Below, in pieces: positions 25,689 through 38,090 of a stretch of DNA of 64,000 nucleotides. Position numbers and translations under genes: made by a program. The stretch covers positions 63,112,478 to 63,176,477 of the forward strand of contig NC_057719.1 in the NCBI RefSeq assembly GCF_004010195.1. The letters are read 5' to 3'. Below the pieces are notes generated by a model. It was not told the origin of the DNA. It made no database searches and saw only the letters and a program-made list of their open reading frames with translations. Source of the stretch: Chiloscyllium plagiosum. Taxonomy: Eukaryota. Position 1 is the first letter of the stretch. Every line of letters starts with the position of its first letter.

Positions 25689-26804
25689 AATTTTTAAGAA
25701 TTTAACACTAAGACAAGAACAGATCCTGTTTTAAGGCTTTGACATTAACGGAAAAAGTTGCTCACAGTGCTATAGAGAAATGGCACTCTGATGTGAATTT
25801 TACCTTTCATTGCTGGTGAGTTTGCAGATAGTGGGCCAGGGAGGTGTAGTATTTAAAACATCACAGACAGCCTTCCTTTCACCTACTCCCCTGCTCCTGA
25901 TCAGTCTGAAATTTTACAGAGTTCAGGGAGACTGTTGGTTGGCTCATTCTTATTCGACCTACCCACAGTTAATGGCCTCAGTGCACTCGCACCAGTATTT
26001 GACTCATGGTGGGAGAAGCACCTGTGGCGTCCCAAACTGGTGAGAGGCGATAGTATAGATTGGGTTCTCAGAGTTCATCGGAGACAGCCACTGCCCAAGG
26101 CCACACACCCGGCTTCTTCAGCCGTCCTCTTTTTGAGACCCCGATCTCAGATTTACCCGTGCTGCACGGACAGCAGAATCAACCAGCGGTCACTGTGTGG
26201 TCTGGAACTGCTCAGACATCAGAGCCAGAGGGTAGCAGCTCCCTAAAGGGAGGACCACCTCCTGAGGAATGGGTGGAGGTCCCAGCTCCCAGCACGAGAT
26301 TACTCTGAGGCAGCCCTCGAGATGGTGGGCAGGCTGCTGAATGGCATTTGTTTTAACTGGAGAGGGTGTGGATCCCCCCTAAAGTCCAGCTCATACATTA
26401 GCTACATTGAGAGACCAAAGGTGCACTCAATATTGGACCTAAAGCCTCATTTATGAGATTGGCATGCTGCAGATGCCCCTTCAGCATTCCTGGAAAGCCA
26501 ACCAGCGAAAAGGATTTCAACACATTATGCCATGAATTGTCTTTTTAACCAAAAATTAATAGTGACAACCTCCAGTAGTCCCTCTAAGAACCACTCTGCA
26601 GGCTGCATTTAAACCACTTGCAGTGATTGAGCTGGAAAGTGAAGTTAATGAGAGAGCTCTCTCAAAGAGCCAGCACTGACACAATGGACTAAATGGCCTC
26701 CTGCTGCTCTGTCTCTGTCTACGGTTCTCTGAATATAAACATGGTGTGAGATAGCTATGCTCTGAATTTAACCTGTTTAATCCTTGTGGTGAATTAAGAA
26801 GGCT

Positions 26805-27000
26805 AAATGCTAGGAATACTCAGCAGGTCTGGCAGCATTTGTGGAGAGAGGAACAGGGCTAACATTTTAAGTCGATGGTCTTCAGGTGAAAACATTAACT
26901 CTATTTTTCTCTCCTCAGGTACTGCCAGGCCTGCTGAACACATCCGGCATTTTCCGTATTGTTTTCAAGTTTCCAGAATCTGCAGCAGTTTGTTTCTGCC
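26805..27000. mobile_element. Old PLE terminal-repeat insertion with inverted arms
   Basis: ctcagcaggtctggcagc and tgccaggcctgctgaac form inverted arms, ending in ttccagaatctgcag. Confidence 0.7.
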
Positions 27001-27194
27001 TTTATGTTGACTCTGTGGCTCACGCAGTCCAAGGTCCTGACACATTCCTGAGTGTGGTTTAGCAGCAGACAATAAAATAAGGAAATGCACATATAGAGAT
27101 GCACCCAGAAACCCCAAGTAACTGGTGCTAATCTCTTTCAAAGGCAGATTTAACAGAGCAACCTCATGGGTACAATTAAATGTACACTAAATGT

Positions 27195-27540
27195 GGGTAG
27201 CACGGTGGCTCAGTAGGTAGCGTTGCTGCCTCACTGTGCCAGGGACCCATGTTTGATTCCAACCGCGGTTGACTGTCTGTGTGGAGTTTGCACGTTGTCC
27301 CTGTGTCTGCATGGGTTTCCTGTAGGTGCCCTGGTTTCCTCTTACAATCCAAAGATGTGTGGGTTAGGCAGATTGGCCAAGCTAAACTGCCCATAGTATT
27401 CAGGGATGTGTAGGCTAGGTGGATTAGCCATGGGAAATGCAAGGTTATAGTGAAAGGGTAAGTGGTGAATCTGGTGGGATACTCTTCAGAGGGTCAGTAT
27501 AGGCTGAATGGCCTGCTTCTGCACTGTAGGGATCCTATGT
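27195..27540 (+). mobile_element. HE1 SINE (V-SINE)
   Basis: tRNA head gcacggtggctcagtagg, V-domain gtggagtttgcacgtt...gggtttcct, CR1-like tail. Confidence 0.88.
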
Positions 27541-28464
27541 ACCACCAAAGTAACTCCTTGACACCCTCAGCTTATTTTCAGAACAGCACTATTTTGAGAT
27601 GACCTTGTAATCTTCGTTGGCTGTCTTCTATAGTTAATTACAGAGACCCAGGTCGGATCCAAGTTCCCAGAATTGGTTTGCAGAATTGGTTTAAGCCTTC
27701 AGAACTAGATTGGTCTTTTTGAACACGTGACTCTCTCCTTGGATATCGGCGGCTGCTGCAAATAAAATATCTAAAAGGATTCTGTCTGGTACAACTAAAT
27801 CGAAAAATATATCTCAAAACATTGCAACATCTCAATAGGAATATTCCCTGATTCTAAAACTTCACAGACGCATAGAACAGTTTCAGCATTGGAAAAGGTT
27901 ATTTGAACCAGAAAACATGTGTTGGCTCTCTAAGTGAGGAATACACATCTTCATATTCTCTACCTTCTCCCCTTAACACTGCACATTTTCAGATAACAAT
28001 CCAATTCCCTCTTGAATGCCTGAATTGAATATGTCTCCACTAGACTCACAAGCAGTATATTTCAGATCTTAAGCAATCCTTGAGTGAAAATTTGTCACCT
28101 TCTATCTTCCTTCCTTCTTTTGTTAATTAATTGAACCCTGTGACCTTTCATTCGCCACTCTTCCATCACTAAGAACTGTTATGGACCAGATCAGGCCCTC
28201 TCCAAATATTTTAAGAAGGTAGCCTAGGCCCTAACTTTTTTTTATTTTAAAACTAGATGTGAAATGCTGTATTCCAGATTTAATGCAACTGATCAAACTA
28301 ATTAACGTTAAGCAGAACACAATTTATTTAAACACTATAGTTAAAATACAAACAAAAGAAAGAGGAAAGTAGAATAACTTGACTATTAGAAAACTTACAA
28401 ACAATAGATACAGTACCTATTTCTAATTAACTGTTCCAATATGGTACTAATATAGTGGCTTAGA

Positions 28465-28800
28465 GGTGGCACAATGGCTCAGTGATTAGCACTGCTGCCT
28501 CACAGTGGCAGTGATTGCCAAGGACCCGTGTTCGATTCCAGCCTCGGGCGACTGTGTGTGGAGTTTGCATGTTCTCCCCGTGTCTGCATGGGTTTTCTCC
28601 CACAGTCCAAAGATGTGCAGGTTAGGTGAATTGGCTGTGCTAAATTGCCCATACTGTTCAAGGATGTGTAGGTTAGGTACATTAGTCAGGGATAAATGTA
28701 GGGTAGGGGCAAATGGGTCCGGGTGGATTACTCTTCAGACGGTCGGTGTTGACTTGTTGGGCCAAAGGGCCTGTTTCCACATGGTAGGGATTCTATGATT
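28465..28800 (+). mobile_element. HE1 SINE (V-SINE)
   Basis: ggcacaatggctcagtg...gttcgattcc (A and B boxes), V-domain, tail cctgtttccacatggtagggattctatgatt. Confidence 0.9.
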
Positions 28801-29321
28801 CATAAATACACACATACTGTCATTCCATGTTGTTTACCACAAAAGAAGGATGCTTGTCCTGGATGTCAACAGGCCGAAGTCAATTCAAGGGGGGGTTGCC
28901 ATCAAAAAGTCCTGGCAAAGTAACTCAAGAGCTGCCTCTGAGACCATGCCAAGACCATGGACATTGTTAGGTAGCCACCCTGAACAGTCAGAGACAGGAT
29001 GCTATCCACATAAAAAGTGAGGACCTGAATGTCAGACAGCACACAGACCCTCTTGAATCTTTCTGCCCTTTTGAGGGCAGTTCTCTTCCTGACAGGTGTT
29101 AAGAGGGTGTCATAGCTGATCCTAGGCAACAAAGAGGCCGTGCAAAGTTGATGCATTGTGGGTGGATGTGAAGAGATGAGAGGCAGTGAGCGTTTGAGCC
29201 TTGGGTGGGTGGTGAGTAAAGTAGCAGAGAGATGATGATGGTGAAGTGAAGAAGAACATTGACCTTCCTCCTAGATTGCTGTGCAGTTCTCCAGCTGTCT
29301 ATGCCTGTACCGCATTGGGGT

Positions 29322-29642
29322 TGGCACGATGGCTCAGTGGTTAGCACTGCTGCCTCGCAACAGCAGGGACCTAGGTTCAATTCCAGCTTCAATATGGCTG
29401 TCTGTGTGGATTTTGCACATTCTCCCCGTGCGTACGTGGTTTCCTCCGGGTGCTCCGGCTTCCTCCCACAATCTAAAGATGTGCACGTTAGGTGAATTGC
29501 CCAAGCTAAATTGACCATAGTGTTCAAGAATGTGTAGACTCATCGGGTAAGGGAGTATGTCTGGGTGGGTTACTCTTCGGAGAGTTGGTGTGGACTTGTT
29601 GGGCCAAATGGCCTGTTTCCACACTGTCGGGAATCTATGATA
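29322..29642 (+). mobile_element. HE1 SINE (V-SINE)
   Basis: ggcacgatggctcagtggttagcactgctgcc...ggttcaattcc, V-domain tcctccgggtgctccggcttcctcccaca. Confidence 0.9.
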
Positions 29643-30829
29643 CACCCTGTAAGGATTCTCTGATTGGGTGCCATTGTCTGGTATTGTGGCCTCCTCTCTG
29701 GTCCTGAGGTAAAGGACATCCCTCCCATGCACCACATGGCCAGCTAGACCTTCCGAAAGCTCGGAAAGTGGGGCACTGATATCCACCATCTGTCACATCT
29801 GGGGGAGATGTCAGGAATTGTGCTGAGCAGTTCCGGACAAACAGTGCTTTTTCGGATGCGGAAAAATCTTCTGAAGTCAGGGATGCTGGTTAATTTGGGA
29901 TATCCTGGCAATATCGACTGTTCCCAGAATGATAAGATGGGACTGGAATCAGATGCCAGGGGCACCTTAATGGCAGAGTAGGCAGCTAGTGAGGAAAGTT
30001 TAATTAGTTACAATGAGAAAACTTACGAGACTCACACGAAATCCTGTTTATCCATAGCCCATGAGCTCAAAGGCTCCCTCCAAAAAAAGATGCATCTCAC
30101 ACTTAGCCAAAAAAGTAGTATGATACAGCTCATTGTTTCCTTATCCACTCTGTCCTAGCCCTTCATGATTTTGAATATCCACTATCAAATCTGCTCTCAA
30201 CTTTATTTTCTCCAACAAAAACAGTTGCAACTTCTCAAACCTTCCCACCGAATTGAAGGTCCTCATGCCTGAAACCACTCTCATGATATTAAATCATTCT
30301 TGACAAATTGAACTTAAAATCTACTAAATGTTACCATGGGACTTTGCAGCTTTAAAGATTCTTGGCGTGGACCAGAGTGGCATCTGTCATTGGCAACTGC
30401 AATGCTGTAGGTGCCAAGCACTGTGGGAGGTAATTCATGTTGTCTTATGTTCCATAGTGTAATATATAGCTTTGGTTTTCACTTGCAATAATTATCCACA
30501 GTAATGAATGTTAACCTTTTGAATAATGCATTTAGATTATCATCCAACAGAAGCAAAACTGAAGAAAGCCACTGAGTTAAAAATATTCAGAGCCGAGATC
30601 GAGTTGCCATGACAGGAAGGACGAACTCTCAGATCAGATTTACAACATTCATAGTCTGCCTTCCTCCTCATCAGACTGAGCATCCCCCAAGGGAAAACTA
30701 ATGACAGCCCTGTGTCACTTGACATTCTTTTCACACAGTATGCTGGACATATATATTCCAAATGGAGGATTGAATTGTGAATCAAGTAGTGACTATTATT
30801 AAATATAATTAAATGCTGCAAACGTCAAG

Positions 30830-31570
30830 GCCATTGCTTTCAGTCCACATCACAAACTCCATTCCCTAGCTATCAATTCTATCGCTTCCCCTGACAATCG
30901 TTTGGGTGAATCAAACTATTCGCGACCTTGATGTCAGATTTTACACTGAGGTGGTATCCTATCATGTGCACACACACAGTCTATTTCTGTCTCTGTAATA
31001 TCACTTGACTTCACCCCCATCGTCAGGTCATCTGCTACTGAAACTTCATTCATGCCTTCATTACCTCCAGGCTTTAATATTTCAATCCACTTTTGGCTGA
31101 TCTTACATATTCTGCCTCGATGTCATCTGAAATTCTGCTGTCTGCATCTTGACTCACACGAAATCCTGTTTATCCATAGCCCATGAGCTCAAAGGCTCCT
31201 GGTTAAACAATGTTTTGATTTTTATAATTCTGGTCCTTATTTTCAAATTCCCCCCACCCCCCCCCCATGACCCCCAACTCAATAATCCTGTCCAGCTATA
31301 CCCTCCTAAAATCTGACCTGTTGACCATCCTTGGTTTGAATCTCTTCACCGTTGTCAGCCATACCTTCACCTGCTAAAGCCTTAAACTCAACCTTTCCTT
31401 TTCTACCTCCCAATTTCTCTTTACTCCTTTAAGACACTCTTTAAAGCCTAGCTCTTTGGCCATGCTTTTAGTGGTCTGGCCTACTATTTCCTTATGTGGC
31501 TCTGTCAATGTTTGTTCAGTAATGTTTGTAAAGCACCTTGAACCATTTTATTGCCTTAAAGGCACAACTG
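30830..31570 (+). mobile_element. Old L2 LINE 3' fragment
   Basis: ctgctactgaaacttcattcatgccttcattacctccagg...aagacactctttaaagcc...gtaaagcacctt. Confidence 0.7.
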
Positions 31571-31621
31571 TTTTGCTGCTGTTGGGAGCAATCACATTCT
31601 TGCTCCTTGTGAAAATCAGGG

Positions 31622-31800
31622 GACAAAAGCAGGAATTGCTGGAGAAACTCAACAGGTTTGCCAGCAACGAAGAAGAACTGAGTTCTGAAGAAGGATCACT
31701 GGACTCAAACATTAATTCTGCTTCCTCTCCACGGATGCTGCCAGACCTGTTGAGTTTCTCCAGCAATTCCTGCTTTCGTTTCTGATTTTCAGAATCTTTT
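31622..31800. mobile_element. Old PLE terminal-repeat insertion with inverted arms
   Basis: gcaggaattgctggagaaactcaacagg and cctgttgagtttctccagcaattcctgc are an exact inverted pair. CTGAAGA core remnant at ~31685. Confidence 0.8.
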
Positions 31801-32646
31801 CCTTTTTTCTAAAATTCAGGGGAGTCTAGTTACTTCTGAAAGCTAATGATACACCTTTACCTCTGAAGGAGTGTAAATAGTTTTACTTATCAGTACCAGT
31901 TGGTGTAACTATGGCAACATTAGGTGGTAAAGGTACCACCAAATAATAATTTCAATTGTATTGGAAAGATTATTTGATGGCACCATACCCCACGCATGCC
32001 CCCATCCACCCAACAAAAGAAAATAATTCACTAACTGAGTTCTAATATTGCATGCCATTAAGATTAATTTAATTACATGCCATAGGTTATGCAGAAGCGG
32101 AATAGATACAAACACAATGTATTGACTGCAAATTTAATTAAAACAACATGTCAGCTGTTTATATATGGCTTGGAAAGAATTTTGCTTTCATCCATGATGT
32201 AAGATTAACTTAACATAGATCGTTTTGGTATAACGTGTGTTTCATGAATGTGAATTGACTGTAACAAGATTGACGAGTTGTGAATGCTGTTTGGATAATG
32301 CAATCTTTCCACTGACCGGGTATAGCAATCTTCTACAGTGCAATTTTTATCACGTGAGGTTGCGGAGGAACGTAATTGTTGTGTTACAGCAGAACAAGTT
32401 GTATGTTACAATACTGCTATTAGATCTCAAATATTAAATTTTCATACAATGTGTTCATTTGGCAAAGGGAGAGAACAGAAGTCAATCTTTACTCAATTTT
32501 ATAACTAAATTAATGCTGTAAATGTGCTTACAGAGGTAGACACAGAGTAATCAGAACTATTTATTGAAACATAAATGTTAGAGAACAAAGACAGAGAGTC
32601 TATCATAAGTCCTTTCACATGTCGTGTAACATTGTCTTACTTCTTG

Positions 32647-32885
32647 ACTGAAAACATAAAATGCTGCCGATCACGGTGGTTTAGGCAACATCCATGGAGT
32701 GAAAGCAAGGAAACGTTTCGAGTCTGGATGACCCTTCATCAGAGATAGTGAAGCTCATCTAGACTCATCTAGACTCGAAACATTAGATTGCTCTCTCTCC
32801 ATGGATGCTGTCTGACCCACTGTGATTCTCCAGCATTTGTTGTTTTCAGTACAGATTCCAGCATCTGCAGTAATTTGTTCCTACA
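32647..32885. mobile_element. PLE terminal-repeat insertion (older subfamily) with inverted arms
   Basis: catccatggag/ctccatggatg and tttcgagtctggatga/tcatctagactcgaaa are inverted. Ends in gattccagcatctgcagt. Confidence 0.8.
32712..32742 (-). ncRNA. Minimal hammerhead ribozyme motif
   Basis: Minus strand CTGATGA a gggtc atcca gactc GAAAC GTT. Confidence 0.7.
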
Positions 32886-33354
32886 TGCTGTCACTTCTTG
32901 CCAGGTCACCAGCTAGACTCTCAATAGTTACTACCTTATATTACAAGGAGGACATTACAAATGTTTAACCCCAAAGTGACAACCCAACAGCAGTGCCAAT
33001 AGGTGTGTGTTTTGTTTAATCAAGGTAACCACTCAGTCTTTCCTGGTGGCATTTCTCAGTGTGCAGTTTTTCCATGGTTGGTGGCAGGACAGAGGGCTGT
33101 ATTTTAATGAGGTGTGATCTGCAGTTAATTATGCTGACAACAAGCAACAATCCCCGTAATAGGCAACTGCTTGCTGCCTAGCGAGAATCTCACCCCAATG
33201 TTTGGATGTCTGGTGGAAATGCAGTAGTTGCTCCTGAAGTTGAGAAAACCCTTGCTTGATTACCCACATGTTTTACAAGATCTTGCAACATAGCCCTTGG
33301 CTGAAGACGAGGTGTTGTTCCTCCATCCAGTCTGCATGATGCATTGCCGTTAAA

Positions 33355-34210
33355 AAGGACCCCAAGCTTCCAGTTGCCTGCCACTTCAACTTGCGACCTT
33401 GTTTCCATGCCAACATTTCCCTCTCATGCATGCAGTAATGCTGCGGTGAAGCTCAATGCAAGCTGGAGGAACAACACCTTATCTTCCACTGAGACACCTC
33501 CCAGCCTTCAGGACTCAATACTGTGTTTAAAAGTTTCAGGGCATACCTTCCCCACTCCTTCACACTCAGGTCGTGCTCTGTAGGGGATGTTCCTAGCACA
33601 GCCAACCAGTTTTCACCTACTTGCACTTAGCACCCAATCTGCATGGGGAAGAGACAGCCTAGTGGTATTATCGGTCGACTATTAACCCAGAGACCGAGGT
33701 AATGCTCTGGGGACCTGTGTTTGAATCCTACCACAGCAGATGATCTCAATTTGAAAATAAAACCTGCAATTAAGAGTCTAATGATGATTATGAATCAATT
33801 GTCAGGAATGCCCTTTGGGGAAGGAAATTTCCCTGATCTGGTCTACATGTGATTCCAGATCCACAGCGATGTGGTCGACTCTTAACTGCCCTCTAGGCAA
33901 ATGGGGATGGGCAATAAATGCTGGCTAGTGACATCCACATCCCATGAATGAATGAAAAAATGTTCTCTCTCGGCGTTTCATTAGCAATCCCTTTGTCCAT
34001 TTCTCCTTTTTTAATCTCTTGCTGTGCACCATCTAAATCTATTCAGCCCACTCGTCCTCTGTCTACTCCTCCCCCTTCTCCCCTCAATGAAGGGTCATGG
34101 GGCTCAAAATATTCACACGCTTTCTCTCTCCACACATGCCGATAGACATGCTGAGTTTCTCCAGCATTTTCTGTTTTAGTTTCAGATCTCCAGTGCCTGC
34201 AGTTCTATGT
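33355..34210 (+). mobile_element. Old PLE 3' part (GIY-YIG C-terminus plus terminal repeat), interrupted by a SINE
   Basis: LPVACHFN...CKLEEQHLIF...QPSGLN is homologous to the 58572 peptide. A decayed terminal repeat lies at ~34080-34205. Confidence 0.7.
33645..33960 (+). mobile_element. tRNA-derived SINE (family B)
   Basis: Head agcctagtggtattatc...tttgaatcc and tail ggggatgggcaataaatgctggc...cccatgaatgaatgaaaaaa. Confidence 0.8.
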
Positions 34211-35055
34211 TGTCTTTTTATGTTGATATGATTTTACTGCTTGGTTTCTAACCAATGGGGTTTAGGTATAAGCTTTGTTTTTGAAAATCATGGCAATAAT
34301 GGGTGGGTATATAATGAAAGCAACAGAGGTTTAACCTAATGTTGATACAGCACTTTGCTGGACAACAATGGTCCCTCCTGGCATCAAGGACCCTGAGTTC
34401 AGAAGGTCTGCTGACTGAGAGTGGCTGGCCAATCAGATGCTGGCAGCTCTTCATTCTTGGAAGCATCACCAAGAATTTAGGTAGCTGCTGCTGATACCAT
34501 ACCTTCCTGAGGCCCACAGTCACCTTTGAACCCAGGGGCTGATCACTGATGGCAAGAGAGCAGGGCATTGGGTAGGGCTTGCAGGGGATGAAGGGCTTGG
34601 CAGCAAGGAGGGATGGGGGTGGATCTCAGTGGCCTGCCCCTGGGCCTCTGTCTCTCACTAGAGCATTGTGATCTTTGAATGAGGAAACAGCCTCCTCTTG
34701 CCCAGTCACCAATAAGCAACACCGATCGGGTTTGCTTTTGAGGCTTCCCGCATGGCATATTTCCTAACCACTGCTGACTACATGCCAGAGCAATAGGGTG
34801 AGGCCCTTAAGTGGGCATTAATTGGCCAATTTATGACCTTAATTGGCAGCAAGGCAGGAAGGATGTACACATGCCTTTGGGTCAAGGTAGAAAAGCAGTG
34901 TGGTACCCATCCACCACCATACTATCTGATTAAATTCTCCCCTCTACCAAACTCAACATGAAGGAGGACATTGAATTTGCACCATTGCTATTGTTGAAAG
35001 GAAGTGATTGAACTTTGTTCCCATTCATTGTATTATTGGCCAGTCTGTTATGTGG

Positions 35056-35182
35056 AGAAAGTGAGGACTGCAGATGCTGGAGATCAGAGCTGAAAATGTG
35101 TTGCTGGAAAAGCGCAGCAGGTCAGGCAGCATCCAAGGAGCAGGAGAATCGACGTTTCGGGCATGAGCCCTTCTTCAGGAAT
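35056..35182 (-). mobile_element. PLE terminal-repeat insertion, single arm
   Basis: Flanked by gtctgttatgtgg (35043-35055) and gtctgctatgtgg (35183-35195). Confidence 0.9.
35147..35182 (-). ncRNA. Minimal hammerhead ribozyme motif
   Basis: Minus strand attc CTGAAGA a gggc tcat gccc GAAAC GTC gatt. Confidence 0.8.
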
Positions 35183-37399
35183 GTCTGCTATGTGGCCCAA
35201 ATTTGACCCTTTACTTGTCCTGCTGGATCCTGTCCAAATCCTCTTTCCTGAGTAGAGGAGTGTTAAATTCTACTGAACAGCCTGAGTTCAGATCTGTGAC
35301 AGAGGAAAATACAGGTCAGTGATAAGGTAGTTGAAGATGGATTAACCAGGGACACTGTTTAAGAAACTTCAGCAGTGATATCTTGGAGCTTTGCTAGCTG
35401 GTCTTTGAAAAACATGACCTTTCAGTTTTGTGTCCAGCCATTGGAGAGTTTTGCCTTTAAATTCAGCGATACAAAGTCTCCTTGGTGCCATGATTGGTGA
35501 AATGCTGCTGCAATGTCAAGGTAGCATTTGGATGATAGGTTGATGACCCTAAAGGCTTACTACATCTACAGTTCAGATAGTGCTCTGTATGATGTTACAG
35601 TTTTTGATGTCTTGATCATTTAAAGTTTTTTTAGTTTGATAACCCCACTTCATTGAAAATAAACAAGGTTTGGGTTGGGCAGAACTTTAATTAAAACGTA
35701 AAGGAAGCAAGATATATTTGTTAAAAGTTAAGACTAGCGTATGCCCATGTATATTTTCCTATCATGTGAGTACTGATTGCATTTATAAATGTGTGAGAGA
35801 CTGCTTCATTTTGATTTGTATTAGAAGCACATTCCATATAGTAAGTGATTGAAAGGAAAAGTACTGCTTAACCACATGTGGAGAAGAGACGTTCTTACAC
35901 GATGCATTGTTCGTGCTGTAAAGCATTGAATATTAATGTGCTCGACAAAATTTTAAAAACATTCATGTCAATCAAATTTAAATATAATTTTTACCTGTGA
36001 TACATTCAAAGTTGTTTCCAAAAATAACAGAATTTGTGCGCATTACTGCAGTATGATTCTGCATTGTCTGCTACAATGCATTCATATTGAAGATGCTCTG
36101 AAAACTTGGTGCAGGCAAATTAGTCGACACGCTCAAGGCACAGAAGTAGCTAGTACACATTTTTCTGTTATATTGACTAACTAAAGAGCTGTCCGATCAA
36201 CTTATGAATAGAGCCTGCATGAAATAATAACGTTGGGCTGTAATGTTCCAACATATTTTCTCATGATATCCACAGTTGGCTAGATTTTCAGCCATGTGAC
36301 TAAATTCCACCTTGATATGTTCAAAAATAGTTTCTTTTTTTATTGCAGCGAGATTGCCTATGACAGCCTTGGTGTTATTCCTCCTCCTTGGCTCCAATGA
36401 CGCTGGCATTTGTTTTAGAACATTTGAATGCCTGCCTTAAGTCTTCCTCGGCTTCTAGTGAATATGGATTTTTTTTCTTATGGCACTGTAACAATATAGT
36501 GAACAAAAAGAGAGTGGGAGTAATGGGGAGCCAGAAAGTGAGTGCACTGGGGGCTGTGAGCACTTAAAAAGAAATAAATTTTTGTTCTCTTGTTCATATA
36601 AATTAAACATTGCTACATATTTTGACCTTACACTGATGTAAGTGGCAAAGAAGATATAAAAATTTCATTTGAGAATCAAGGCCATTCTGTTTGCTATTTA
36701 TGAATCTAAACGACAATATTCAATTATATCTACTACATATGAATCAATATAGTTTACTGCCTTCGGTGGTCAAGTTGCCAATTCTGCAAAATTGCTTTTC
36801 TGACAACTCCAGAAAACCAATAATTACAGGTTTGCAATTGTGTCACAAATATAATTAACTTTGCTGTTACCGTTTCTAAACCTGCGCTTTCGCTGATCCC
36901 AAACAGCAGTGAGGAACATACAGATCAATCCGAATCACAAGTCTAAGTTTGCATTGACAGTTATTTCAATAAGAATGTATGGAACCAGGAAAACTAGCAA
37001 CTGGAAAGTCTGCTAGTGACTGAAATTTTGTAAAGCTACTTAACTTTAGCATCATCTCGCAGATAGAGATCCATCCTCATAAGCTGCAGTTGTCTAAAGG
37101 TTGCCTTAAATGTTAGCAGAAATGGGCCTAAAATTGGAAAGAAAATGCTTTCTCCACTTTACCAGCCATTTCAACTAACCTGCTGAAATCGTTTATGTGG
37201 TCATTTTGAGCTTTGTGATCGTGACTCCTTCTATGTCAATTTGTCATTTCATAAATTATAATATTGACTATGCTGCTTAAAGAGCTTCAGCTGTAAAACA
37301 GCTTAGAATACCTTAAGAACATGAAAGGTGTGACATAAATGTAAGTCTTTCATTCAGTCTTTTATAAAGCTTGTTTTATGCAGTCTTTGTCTGCTGCCT

Positions 37400-37715
37400 T
37401 TCATCATAGAATGCCTACAGTGTGGAAGTGGACTGAACCTCCAAAGAACACCCTCCCCACCCCTGACCCAACCCTACTCTATTCCCCGAACCCTGCATTT
37501 CCCATGGCTAGTTCACCTAACCTATACATCCCTGGACACTATGAGCAATTTAGCATGGGCAATTCACTTAATCTGCACATCTCTGGAGTACCCAGAGGAA
37601 ACTCATGCAGACACAGGGGGAGGGTGCAAACTCCACACAGACAGTCACCCAAGGTCATAATTGAACCTGGTTCCCTGGCGCTATGAGTCAATAGTGCTAA
37701 CCACTGAGCCACCAT
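37400..37715 (-). mobile_element. HE1 SINE (V-SINE)
   Basis: gtgcaaactccacacagacag...gtgctaaccactgagccacc. Confidence 0.85.
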
Positions 37716-37999
37716 ACAGCTGTGTCAGTAATATACATTGGGGAAAATGCATCTCAGAGTTTTCAGGATGTGTGCCGTTGAAACCAGCAAGTATGGTCTT
37801 AAAAGTATAACTATTCAAGTCTTATGTAAATGATGGACATCACAAAAATAAAGTTCACTAAACCATCATGTGAACCTTATTTCCTTTTGTAGTAACATAA
37901 AGACAAAACTGTTACATAAAAGCATTTTACAGAAGGAAAATTGCACTCAAGTCAAAAAATGTTGGTTCTTAGAGATCTCTGTACAATGGTCTTACTTTC

Positions 38000-38090
38000 A
38001 AGAGTGTAATGCTGGAAAAGCACAGCAGGTCAGGCAGCATTGGAGGAGCAGGAGAATCAACATTTTGGGCATAAGCTTTTCATCAGGAAT
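38000..38090 (-). mobile_element. PLE terminal-repeat fragment
   Basis: gctggaaaagcacagcaggtcaggcagc...ttcatcaggaat. Confidence 0.75.

Noticed and set aside
27195..29400. tRNA-like sequences with A and B boxes
   Set aside because: These are HE1 SINE heads, not tRNA genes.
36375..36490. EF-hand-like AEEDLRQAFK (minus strand)
   Set aside because: No calcium-binding loop follows and the frame stops soon after.
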